Shown one piece after another: positions 53,075-64,000 of a stretch of 64,000 nucleotides of DNA. The position numbers and the translations under genes were made by a program. This stretch comes from Lytechinus pictus (taxonomy: Eukaryota): positions 33,668,001 to 33,732,000 of the forward strand of contig NC_087245.1 in the NCBI RefSeq assembly GCF_037042905.1. Reading direction: 5' to 3'. The notes beneath the pieces are model-generated. The model saw only the letters and a program-made list of their open reading frames with translations, was not told where the DNA came from and did no database searches. Position 1 is the stretch's first letter, and each line of letters opens with the position of its first letter.

Positions 53075-53659
53075 AGGAGAATGAAACCCTTGAAACCAGC
53101 TGAATCCATATCAAAGAGAAAAATCAAAGAAACATATTGTTGAAAATTTGAGGAAGATTGAATGAATAATAAGAAAGTTATGAGCATTTGAATATTGAGA
53201 TCACTAATGCCATGTAGATTCTCCCATTGGCAATGCGACCAAGATCTGTGATGTCACACACGTACAACTCCCTCATTACTTTAGTACTTATTTCACTTAT
53301 ATTCTCACTTTTATAGAGTCTATCACAAGGTGAGGTGTTCTCTTTATGAGAGGACAAGTACAGAGGTTTCACAACATTATATCATTGATGAATCATTTTG
53401 TCATATGATTAGAATGAGCAAAAAGAGATGTTTTGGGGTATATTTTCAGTGTCCAAAAGGGGAGAGTTGTTCATCTGTGACATCATAGATCTTGGTTGCA
53501 TTGCCAAAAGGAGGATCTCCATAGCATTAGTGATCTCAACATTCAAATGCTCATAACTCTTCTATTGCTAGTCCTATTTTACTCAAACTTTTGTTGATCT
53601 TATTCTTTGATTTTTCTGCTTTCACAAAAGCTAACTTGCTCCAAGAGTTTCATTCTCCT
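53075..53659. mobile_element. Kolobok-like MITE
   Basis: TTAA|AGGAGAATGAAAC ... GTTTCATTCTCCT|TTAA. Confidence 0.88.
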
Positions 53660-54429
53660 TTAAACAATTATAATTTTTATAATGTAAATAACTTTTAAAA
53701 TGTGCTTTTGAAATGGAATTTAATGCAACCCTTGTAGGATTATAACATTAACATCTAGATTCATTCATTGTAGTCATGCCTTAATTTGGTGCAAACCTCC
53801 TGATCATCCAAGCATTAACACGTACCACATAAATATGGTATCAAATTATTAGAACATACTCATTCAGGCCATATTATATGTGTTCATGACATATACATTT
53901 CCTGAAATTGGGGATTTGTGAGGTGTCAAGTTTTTTTTTTAATTTACATGGATATATGTATATATATCAAGGTAAGTATACTATGATACTTTATAAAGCC
54001 GGGGTAATAGTATGCAGCGCTTAGAAACATTTGTATTAAGCGCTATATAAATGTTGTATATTATTATTATTATAATCTATTTTTATTAACTAAAAAACAA
54101 ACATTGAAAATGGATTTAAAAAAATGTTTGTGTTATTTTGTTTTTGAAATATTATTTTTTATTTCTCTTTTTGAAATGTTCCTGTAAGAATGAATTTTTT
54201 AAAAATGTAGTTGAAAAGAAAAAAATAATTAAACCCTTATCCAATTTCTTCAAGGGGAGGTCCTCAAACGACCCTGCACTTGACAGTTCTAGGCTGTACA
54301 ATTTCGTCTTTTTTATGTGACCCAGAGTGAATGCTAGTTTTTTCAGCAAAATCATTTCCTAAAACCAACTACATCCTACCACATTGACTCTGAAACTTTT
54401 TATGAAGACTTATGATATATCTGTTTCAG

Positions 54430-54529
54430 ACATGGTTGCAGGAGATGCTATTCTGCTGTAAGTAAAGCCCAGGAAAGAGTGAAGATATACCAACCAGGAG
54501 ACAGGGTTCATGGTTTCTCAGTTGAAAAG
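54430..54529 (+). CDS. PITRM1: PITRM1 exon 2
   Basis: HGCRRCYSAVSKAQERVKIYQPGDRVHGFSVEK; AG/GT boundaries; 100 nt, phase 2-0. Confidence 0.88.
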
Positions 54530-54705
54530 GTTTGTTAAATTTTACACATTTTTTAGTATGTTTCATTTTATATTTGTTTTTAATGAATTGCCCTGCAGGT
54601 GAACTTGAATTTAGTCAACCTTGAAAAGGTCCAGTATTTGCCAAGTTGAAGCAGATTTGAGACCAGATTATTTTGGGTATGCAAATCCTGCATGTAGAGT
54701 CGTAA

Positions 54706-55312
54706 AGGGATGGTCCAGGCTGGAGATATTTATATCTCAATAAATAGAGTAAAATTCACAGAGCGAAATGCTGAAAATTTGATCGAAATCTGATAACAAA
54801 TAACAAAGGTATTGAATTTTTAAGATTTGCATTATTCCGGTGAAACAGTTCTAGGCATGTCTTCATGAATATTCATTAGTTGCGCTGATGATGTCATATC
54901 CCCACTTCTTCTTTAGTATTTTATTATATGAAATTAGGTATATTCAAATTTTTTCTACCAAGAACTAAAACAATTAGATTGACAACAGATTAAGTGCATA
55001 AGTTATTAATTCCCGCAACTTATTTCGTCATAATGGAGACACATCATTTTATACACATGTATAAAAAAATGAAACATTTATGATTTCATGTAATAACACA
55101 AGAAAAAGGAAAGTGGGGATATGACATCATCAGCCCACCTAATGTATATTCATGACGATGTGCATTTAACTGTTTTCACAAAGTATTGACAAACTTTGAA
55201 ATTCAATTACTTTGTTATTTGTTATCCGATTTTGGTGAAATTTTCAGCATTTTGCTCTGTGAATTTTACTCTATTTATTTAGATTTAAATATTTTCAGCC
55301 CAGACCATCCCT
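54706..55312. mobile_element. Kolobok-like MITE
   Basis: GTAA|AGGGATGGTC ... GACCATCCCT|TTAA. Confidence 0.82.
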
Positions 55313-55393
55313 TTAATACACAAGGTAAGAGTGTACCTGATTCGATTTCAATATTTGTCCAGACTATTCCTTGTAAATTTATTTTTTCACTAG

Positions 55394-55500
55394 GTAGTTC
55401 CAGTTCCTGAATTGTACCTGACCGCTGTCCAGTTACGGCATGAAAAGACTAATGCTCAGTATCTACATGTGGCTAGAGAAGATACAAACAATGTTTTCAG
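55394..55500 (+). CDS. PITRM1: PITRM1 exon 3
   Basis: [35 protein letters not shown](S); 107 nt, phase 0-2. Confidence 0.95.
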
Positions 55501-56254
55501 GTAAATGTACCCGTAGGTTTTCTTCTTTTGTAATGTTTTAAAGAGTGATTTGAAAATTAATTATGGGAGGGGGTGCTTAAATATCAACAAGTGTGTTGCT
55601 TAATGTATTGTGATTCATGACAACCGTTTTTGTTTTGCTTATTGATTAAATGCATTCAAATTTTTCAATGAATTATGAATGAACAAGGGTTAGAATGTGA
55701 AAGTTACTTTTTTTTTCATCAGTCAATGCTGCTTTATGACAGGTATGTTTGTTTTGCAATGTTGGGATATTGATGAAGGTTTTATGAAAATGCATCAGAG
55801 AATAAGAGAGTTATGATTTTTTGATTTATGACGTCATATGCGAGCAGCTCCCCCATATATCATGTGATATAAATTCTGTAAATTCCAATTTTCTGAAGGA
55901 ATATGATGAATAAAAGTATTTTTCTTATAGAAGGGAGTATGAAATGATGTGTCAGACTAATGATATGTTCAATACACAAATAGAGTCATTTTCAAATTTT
56001 TTAGGGAAAAGCATTAAAAAAAATTCTTATTACATGTACACAACAAATGGAGGAACTGCCTGTCTGCGACATCACAAATTTAAAATGTTGAAAACTCAAA
56101 ACTCCATTATCCTTCGACGGATTTTCATCAAACCTCCACCAATATTGTTCTCTAATTTTTATCCTGTATGACATCCAACTTATCGTCATGGAGAACTGAC
56201 CCTTTATTTCCTTGACGTAACCCTAGTCATTGTTTTATTGTGTTTCTTTGGCAG

Positions 56255-56406
56255 TGTCGGGTTTCGGACCACCCCAATGGATAGCACGGGCGTATCTCAC
56301 ATCCTAGAGCATACAGTCCTGTGTGGCTCACAGGACTACCCAGTTAGAGACCCGTTCTTTAAGATGCTCAATAGATCACTATCTACATTTATGAATGCAT
56401 GGACAG
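56255..56406 (+). CDS. PITRM1: PITRM1 exon 4 (M16C HxxEH zinc-binding motif)
   Basis: [50 protein letters not shown]; 152 nt, phase 2-1. Confidence 0.97.
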
Positions 56407-56533
56407 GTAAGGAATAGGAAGCTGTAGCAAAGTCAATCAAACTTTGATTCGCTCCCTTATTTTCCCTCTCTGGCTCTTCCTATTCTCTCTTTCACCCTCT
56501 TCCCATTCTTTTTCCCATTATCTATTTCGTGTC

Positions 56534-56764
56534 GTGTCGTGGTCTAGTGGTTACGACTTTCGTCTTTCAATCAGAGGGACCTGGGTTCGAATCCCAGCCA
56601 TGGCGTGTTTTCCTTCAGCAAGAAATTTACTGACATTGTGCTGCACTCAGCCCAGGTGAGGTGAGCTACAGCTTGGTATAAAATGATAATAAGTATCAAG
56701 TGCAGTATAGTTTATGCAATTATCGTAGCTGTGCTATATAAATGGACCATATTATTATTATTAT
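56534..56764 (+). mobile_element. tRNA-derived SINE, internally deleted
   Basis: A box GTGGTCTAGTGG, B box GGTTCGAATCC, body ..CCTTCAGCAAG.., (ATT)n tail. Confidence 0.75.
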
Positions 56765-57290
56765 CTCGGTTTCCATTTCCTTCTTTTTCCCAAGTCTATT
56801 TTGCCCTCTCCGTCTTTTCCCATTATATCTCCATTTCCTCTATCCATTCATCTATTTTTTTCTCTCCCTCTTTTCCCATTCTCGCTGCATTTCCCACTTT
56901 TCCACAGTAGTATGGTCTATTTTTGTTTAGATTACCAATATTAGAATAATTTGTGTGATGAACTGCCCAGGTGAATACAATAAAAAGAATCATGCCAGTA
57001 TTGGAAATACTGGCACTGGAAGAAAGACTTTCAAAATAAATGATTTTCAATGCTTTATTATTTATAGTAATGCAATAAATAATCATATTTCAGATTTATG
57101 GTGAAAAGTCAAGGGGAGGGGGAAGCCAAAAAGGTAAATTCATTATAGGTCTATGAATACTCTCTTTAATAAAGAAGGGGTTTTGTTTGGCTGAATCCAG
57201 AGGGGAAAAAATGTTTCTTTAGGAGTACTCTTTTAAATCACTAGCAAAACTTTGCTTCATTGGTTTATTGTATCATTGTATTATACTTAA

Positions 57291-57892
57291 AGGTCAAGTC
57301 CACCTCAGAAAAATGTTGACTTGAATAAATAAAGAAAATTCAAACAAACATAACGCTGAAAATTTCATCAAAATCGGATGTAAAATAAAAAAGTTATGGC
57401 ATTTTGAAGTATCGCTTATTTTTCACAAAACAGTGATATGCACAACTCAGTGACAGGCAAATGGGTCAGTCGATGATGTCCATCACTCACTATTTCTTTT
57501 GTTTTTTATTGTTTGAATTCTACAATATTTCATTTTTTACACATTTGACAATAAGGACTAACTTGACTGAACCATATACATGTAGTATTAATGAATGCTA
57601 GTTCCACATGTTCAGGGAGGAATTAATTGTTGTTTCCCTTGACAATGAAGAGAAAATTAGAATATTTCATATAATAATATACAAAAGAAATGGTGAGTGG
57701 ATGACGTCATCAGTCTCCTCATCTGCATACTGAACAGGATGTGTATATAACTGTTTTGTGAAATTAAGCGAAACTTTTAAATGTCATAACTTTCTTATTT
57801 TACATCCGATTTTGATGAAATTTTCAGTGTTATGCTTGTTGGATTTTTCTCTTTTTATTCAAATCAGCTTTTTGTTTGGGTGGACTTGTCCT
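57291..57892. mobile_element. Kolobok-like MITE
   Basis: TTAA|AGGTCAAGTCCACC ... GGTGGACTTGTCCT|TTAA. Confidence 0.88.
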
Positions 57893-58872
57893 TTAACTTC
57901 AGACTCTATGATTTTCAGGTTTTCTGTTTTAAGTTTTCCAAAGGGATGTTTCACAAAGATTTGAGTGTGACTGTGAGTCGCACTTAAACTCCAAGTTGCG
58001 TGCGTTATAAAACGCATCACTTTTTGGACAAATCTTGCTGAGAGGACGCATGCTACTGCATGTTAATCAATGAGATTGGGCGTTACATATCATGTGCGCA
58101 TTGACTCTAAGTCACTATTTGTGAGATAACCCCCCCCCCCCCCTCCCCGGGGCTCTTCGGACATTTCAGGGATCTGATTGGTTGAGAGCTATGCAAGAAT
58201 TTTTACTGGGCTGCATGAACGATATCCACTGTAAACAAGCTATCACCAGAAAAGGTAATTGTGATGTCATCGCGCATGTACTGTTACACTTGTTTACGTC
58301 AAAATTTTGAATTTTCGATCAAGGCAGAATGAATCAAATAAAGGATGCAAAATGATCTGTAAGTACAAATACGGTACTGTAATTGTCATAGGGATTAAAA
58401 CTGCCCGCATACTCGTTAGTTGAGAAGTCCAGACATACGATCTAACGTTAGATCTACTGCCCTGGGCTGGCTGTGCACAGCCAAATCTCCACTGCAGGCC
58501 TAGGCAGCCGTAGGCGCTGCCCCCCGGCGCGGCCCGGGTATACACACACAGCTATTGGAGGTCTGAGGCTGCCTCATAGATCTAGTCAATGCCAAGCTGT
58601 ATCTGGCATTTTGGGTATAATAATGCCTTTGTGCCAACATATTATCAAGTTAGGCATACATATTTACGTTGTCCATGGTTATCAAAGGGTCTGCATTACA
58701 TTTTGGAATTTTCATGCATCCGGTAAATAAATCATGCGTCCAGTAAAAAAAATCATGCGTCCGGTAAATTTTTTCATGCGTCCGGTAAATTGAATTTACC
58801 GGATGCATGAAATTATCATGCATCCGGTAAATCATTAATTTTTGTGGTTTATTCAATAAATTTTTTCCATTC

Positions 58873-59024
58873 TATAAAACAGATGATGCATGGGTTTCTT
58901 TCGTGGGTCAGTGGAACTGTGTGCACGCGGTAACTTTGGCATTATGGTCTAAACCATGCCAAAGTTTAATACCTTGTGCACACAGTTCCTACTGACCCAC
59001 TCTAACCCATGCATCATTTGTATA
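58873..59024. repeat. Fold-back (palindromic) element of about 150 bp
   Basis: ACAGATGATGCATGGGTT..GTGGGTCAGT.GAACTGTGTGCAC pairs with GTGCACACAGTTCC.ACTGACCCAC..AACCCATGCATCATTTGT. Confidence 0.85.
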
Positions 59025-59065
59025 CTACCATAAGATCTTCTATTCCATCAAAATACTTCTTGCAG

Positions 59066-59180
59066 CTAGTGACTATACGATGTACCCCTTCTCGACTCAG
59101 AATGCCAAAGATTTTGAGAATCTTCTTTCCGTCTACCTTGATGCTGTATTCTTCCCAAGATTGAGGCAACTTGACTTCAT
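59066..59180 (+). CDS. PITRM1: PITRM1 exon 5
   Basis: (A)[37 protein letters not shown](M); 115 nt, phase 1-2. Confidence 0.96.
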
Positions 59181-59356
59181 GTAAGACATTGTTGAAATTT
59201 TATTTCAACTCTTTCAGTGCCCATGGCAGGTACATGTACAGACCAAAAACGTACACCATTTCTTCACTTAGAAAAATGTCAAACTGTCAAGGTTTAAAGT
59301 AGTATTTAAATACCTATCACTCATTACCTGCTACATGTACCTTTCGGTATCTTTAA

Positions 59357-59939
59357 AGGTCAAGTCCACCCCCGAAATATGTTGATTTGAATACTGTATA
59401 CATAGAAAAATCAAACCAGCATAGCGCTGAAAATTTCATCAAAATTGGAAGTAAAAGAAGAAAGTAACTAAATTTTAAAGTTTCGTTTATTTTTCACAAA
59501 ACAGTGATATGCACAATTCAAAGACATGCAAATGAGACAGCTGATGACGTCCTCTAATTCACTGTTTCTTTTGTTTTTTATTGTTTGAATTATACAATAT
59601 TTCATATTTTACAGATCTGATAATAAGGACCAACTTGACTGAAACATGTAGTATTAAACAATGCTGATTCCACATATTCAGTGAGGAATTAACTGTTTCA
59701 CTTGACAATGGGGAGAAAATTATAATATTTCATATTTTATATAATAAACTACAAAAAAAAATAGTGAGTGGATCACATCATCAGTCTCCTCATTTGCTAC
59801 TGACCAGGATGTGCATATAACTTTAAAATGTCATAACATTCTTATTGTACATCGGATATTGATGAAATTTGCAGTGTTATGCTTGTTGGACTTTTCTCTT
59901 TTTATGCAAATCAACTTTTTGTTGGGGTGGACTTGTCCT
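59357..59939. mobile_element. Kolobok-like MITE, same family as 57291-57892
   Basis: Same TIR and TTAA TSD. Confidence 0.88.
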
Positions 59940-60212
59940 TTAAAGAAAATTGCAGATTTGGTGAAACAATCCATTCTTGTGTCTGCATGAAACTATAGTA
60001 AACAAAACTAGAAATAACAACAGGAAATTCATAGAGGGAAGCTTGTTTCTGATCCAAAATAGTTTCAATCCATGACATTGACTAAATAGAAATTTGGCAT
60101 TTGAAAGGGTAATAATTTTGTAATGCATCTGTATAGAAATTACTGTTGAAGAGAAATATGTTTCTGAAAATCTAGTATACATGATTCTGTGGTTGCATGC
60201 TATAAGATGTAA

Positions 60213-60797
60213 AGGGGAATGAAACCTTTGGAAGAGGTAGGCTTGTCTCGAAACAGAAAAATCAAAGAATAAGAACGAAGAAAATTTGAGAAAAATCGAA
60301 CAAATGGTGAGAAAGTTATGAGCATTTGAATATTGCAATCACTAATGCTATGGAGATCCTCACGTTGGCAATGCGACAAGGATGTGTGATGTCACATGTG
60401 AACAACTTTCCCTTTGATGGACTATAAAATACCCCCAAAATGTCTCTTTTTGCTTTTTCTTATGGTGATACAAACTCTTTATCCATGATGTATTCTTTAA
60501 AAGTCTGTATTACATGCCCTCCTATAGAAAGAACACATGATCTACTGATAGATGTGATAAAAGAGGCAGTTTAAGTGAAATATATACTCAAGTAATGGGG
60601 AGAGTTGTTCACAAGTGACATCACACATCTTTGTCTCATTGCCAATATGAGGATCTCCATAGCATTAGTGATCGAAATATTCAAATGCTCATAACTTTCT
60701 CATTATTTGTCCCATTTTTCTCAAACTTTCGTTGATCTTGTTCTTTGATTTTTCTGTTTTCACACAAGCTATCTTGTTCCAAAGGTTTCATTCTCCC
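60213..60797. mobile_element. Kolobok-like MITE related to 53075-53659
   Basis: GTAA|AGGGGAATGAAACCTTTGGA ... TCCAAAGGTTTCATTCTCCC|TTAA. Confidence 0.85.
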
Positions 60798-60801
60798 TTA
60801 A

Positions 60802-61196
60802 AGAGAAATTCCAGTAGTTGCAGTAAACACTGATTTCATGAGAAAGTCTGTAAAACCAGGCTTAATTGTCAGTATATCATCGAGGATCTAGATCTGGTAC
60901 AGTTACATAAACTGAACTTTGTGAAATCTTGAAATCTACGCTGAATAATGTTCAGACTGAACTTCCCCAACACAGATAAGCGCACGTGGGACAGTGTATA
61001 ATTATTGCTTTGAGCGTCGGGCCCGACGCTCTACCCGAATCCTGTGCTTATTTGCTGATTTCTCAGCAATTACACAATTTCTTCCAGAATCCTTTGGCAC
61101 ATGCATTTTATTTATACAAACAGACACTTTGGTGGTCATTTCATTGGATTCTGTACGAACTCATTTTGATATCGTTACCAAAACTAGCATTTACCT
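60802..61196. mobile_element. Kolobok-like MITE sharing a TTAA with the preceding element
   Basis: TTAA|AGAGAAATTCCAGT ... ACTAGCATTTACCT|TTAA (imperfect TIR). Confidence 0.72.
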
Positions 61197-61272
61197 TTAA
61201 GGCATGCTAACAAGGTTTAGACTGTTCATTACTGGTATAAGCATACATATCATTTTTTTTCTTCAAATTCAG

Positions 61273-61369
61273 GCAAGAAGGTTGGCGATTGGAACATGAG
61301 GTGACAGAGGACCAATCTTCACCTATTGTGTTTAAGGGAGTCGTCTTTAATGAAATGAAAGGTGCCATG
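61273..61369 (+). CDS. PITRM1: PITRM1 exon 6 (gene continues beyond the window)
   Basis: [32 protein letters not shown]; 97 nt, phase 2-0. Confidence 0.96.
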
Positions 61370-61444
61370 GTATGTATAAAACCATGATCTTTGTATTTGA
61401 TTGTTAGATTGAAATAAGGAAAGGGAAAGGAAACAGTTGTATTT

Positions 61445-61816
61445 GTAATAATAATGATAATAATGATGATAATGGTAATGACAATGATTATAATAATGAT
61501 AATGCTAAAAACAATGATACTAATAATAATACTACTCCTACTACTACTACCAATAATGATAATAAGAATACAAATGATAATAATAATAAGAAGAATAATA
61601 AGAATAATAATACACGGCTTTAGGATGGCTACCCCAGTCAGACGCTCAAGCATGTAAGGAATTTCTTCCTACTGGGTACCCATTTTCTACACCAGGGTGG
61701 AGAGTGGCAAATGTAGATAAATGCTTTGCCAAAGGACGCGAGTGCTGCGGTGGGATTCAAACCCTATACCTTTTAGTTCAAAGTCAGGAGACTTATCCAC
61801 TGAGCCACAACACCTC
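61445..61816 (-). mobile_element. tRNA-derived SINE with a long degenerate (ATT)n tail
   Basis: The - strand has an A box GTGGCTCAGTGG and a B-box-like GGTTTGAATCC, body ..CCTTTGGCAAAGCATTTATC..CCACCCTGGTG..AAATGGGTACC, and a tail at 61445-61610. Confidence 0.8.
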
Positions 61817-62714
61817 TAGACAATTTGTACAATGTTAACGAGGCAAGGCAATACTAGACTCGTTTTCGGCTGTGTTTTACGCAACAAGACCCTTGAGCGT
61901 TTCTTAAATACGTTTCAAAGCCCAAGCAGTGCATTGTTGATTTTGTATTCGATGAAGAAGAAGAATTTTGATATGTTAAAAAAAGATCCAAAGGGGATAC
62001 TGTGTTTGCCAGCATTAAAGTATACATCCAAAGAAAATTCACGAAAGTGATGATTATAGACAAATTATATATGAATGGAAAGGTCTTGTCTTTTTATACA
62101 CAAATATGTCACTAAAAAGTCTTATTGATGTCGTGGAAATGCAAGAAATGAAATTATTAGAGACCCTTCTCAGCCCCCCAGCCGCCCCCAGACCGACAGT
62201 TCACGCAGTGAAAACAGTCGAGAATAATGACGTCACACAATCATCGAGCTCATTATCCCTCTGTGCATAATACACTGAATCACCTTACTGACCTCTTCAA
62301 TATCTTCCGAATTTACCGTTTTCTTCATGTAATGTGACATCCGAATTCTGTTTTCGACAACTTCAGACTATAAGGGAACCAGAACTGTGTTATTTTGCCC
62401 GTTTTTTATTGAATTGTGAACTGGAAAGATCGATTTTGTCCACTCGACAGTCTTCGTTGTGTTGCTCTACTAACTATTGAAAAACTCCAAGCTGCACGGT
62501 CCCATTCACTTGCTCCCGATGCATGTTGCAGGCTACGCTGTTTGATCTAGTCAAAAGTCAAGGTAAGCATGTTTGGAAACTGTACTTGTTCTGACGAGGC
62601 ATTCAGGTCAGATGACAGATACAGATCTGATATAAGTTTAGAATCATGCATTTTGGCATAACTACTATTAAAATTAAAAAGTTTTTATTTTAGAAATAAT
62701 GTTTTTTCACAATT

Positions 62715-63368
62715 CCACCCAAGCCAAGGGTTCATTACATGCCGCCACGCACAGAAAAATCAAGCCATAGAAGTCGTGTGTTGTGGACCCAAGAAGTGAG
62801 ATCCCAGACGCCTCCAGGCTAAGCACGCGCGACCCACTAGTTAGAAATCCACTGCCAAACGCGGTTCGTGGTGCGAGGTTAGTATACTAATACGTGTGAG
62901 TGGCACAATTCCAGCAGATTTTTTCTTCAGATTTCTAAAACTGGTCAGGACTCAGGCAGGCGATTAAATTATTTAAATTATTTAGGAGCACTGAGTGGTA
63001 TGGACCATGGCTGAAAATCTGCTGTTTCAGAGGAATGTTTAAGTTTTTATTATACACAGAATTATATCACCATGATGCCGATGTCATGAAGCCAGACAAA
63101 TTTTCAGCAGTGATTACCCTGATTCCTGGCCAAAATCACTCACACGTATTGCGAGGTTAGTATACTAACCTCGCATGTTGTGTGAGTGAGTATTAGTATA
63201 CTACTAGTAGGTATTGCGAGGTTAGTATTAGTATACTAAACACGAACCGCGTTTGGCAGTGGATTTCTAACTAGTGGGTCGCGCGTGCTGGGATCTCACT
63301 TCTTGGGTCCACGACTTCTATGGCTTGAATTTTCTGTGCGCGGCGGCATGTAATGAACCCTTGGGTGG
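62715..63368. repeat. Long imperfect inverted repeat
   Basis: About 62715-62895 is the reverse complement of about 63225-63368, with indels. Confidence 0.88.
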
Positions 63369-64000
63369 GCCAAAATTAGAGTCTGGTGTTTCTTTCTGAT
63401 TAGAGTGTTGCTGCATATATGTATGCGTAATGCCTTCAACAATGAAGATAAATGCAATCTTTGTAATGACACAGAGACTCAGAGAGCACCGTACCTCAAG
63501 TGATGTTCGTGTAGTCTCCACTTCACTACTGGAGTACTGCTACAGCCTACACTACGCTACACACCTACCCGGGTAGGTGTGGCGTACATGTACGGTAGTG
63601 TAGCGGTAGTGAAGTGGAGTGGGGCCTACACAAACATCACTTGAGGTAGAGCACCAGTGTTCTGAGTGGAACTTTTCAGGTGTCTAAACCTACTATCGTT
63701 TGTTGTTGACCGGAAATTACATGCCACCGCAAGTCATCAATCATCACGATAATTAAATTCATACTTTGATTTGATTATTTAAACTATTTCTTTTTTTCTC
63801 TCTTCTACACACAGATCTGCACACTTGCTGACTCTGGTGACTTCTGGTCTCTGCTTGCTACCTCAATCTGGGAGGTTCCATCATGTCCTTTTACTATGAT
63901 TTGGGTATAGCCATTTTATTCTTCACTCTTTCCAGGACCTACGGTTTGCAAGTTGTGGACTGATAATGATACAAAAGAAAAATTTTCTTTATCAATCTTG

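Noticed and set aside
56534..56605. tRNA gene
   Set aside because: A and B boxes are present, but the sequence continues into a SINE body and tail with no convincing acceptor stem.
61207..61657. Poly-Ile/Met hydrophobic ORFs
   Set aside because: Degenerate (AAT)n SINE tail.
63816..63910. Possible PITRM1 exon 7 after a strong acceptor (..CTACACACAG)
   Set aside because: The phase-0 translation (ICTLADSGDFWSLL..) does not resemble the expected PITRM1 continuation and reaches a stop.

Overview
Eukaryotic, intron- and repeat-rich DNA, probably from an echinoderm such as a sea urchin (inferred from the SRCR gene and the repeat families; not proven). There are two host genes, both on the + strand. 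(1) A predicted secreted scavenger-receptor cysteine-rich (SRCR) protein, 21493-42818: a signal-peptide exon plus six single-domain group-A SRCR exons joined in phase 1, 1899 nt or 632 aa if all exons are spliced in. Its domain array has grown by tandem exon+intron duplication, and the youngest pair of exons differs at only one base that I could find. (2) The first six coding exons of mitochondrial presequence protease PITRM1 (50830-61369, HILEH zinc motif), which continues beyond the window. The rest is layered transposon sequence: a full-length but frameshifted Ty3/Gypsy element (154-bp LTRs, GGAAC target-site duplication (TSD)) that splits an older LINE, a 5'-truncated CR1/L2-group LINE split by a TTAA MITE, at least eight Kolobok-like TTAA MITEs, nested hAT-like elements with intact TSDs, a 4.2-kb CCCAG/TA element, a Helentron-type HINE, SINEs, minisatellites and several fold-back palindromes. 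I found no CRISPR array, no rRNA or true tRNA, and no clearly unprecedented system. The most interesting candidate is the expanding, possibly cassette-spliced SRCR gene.
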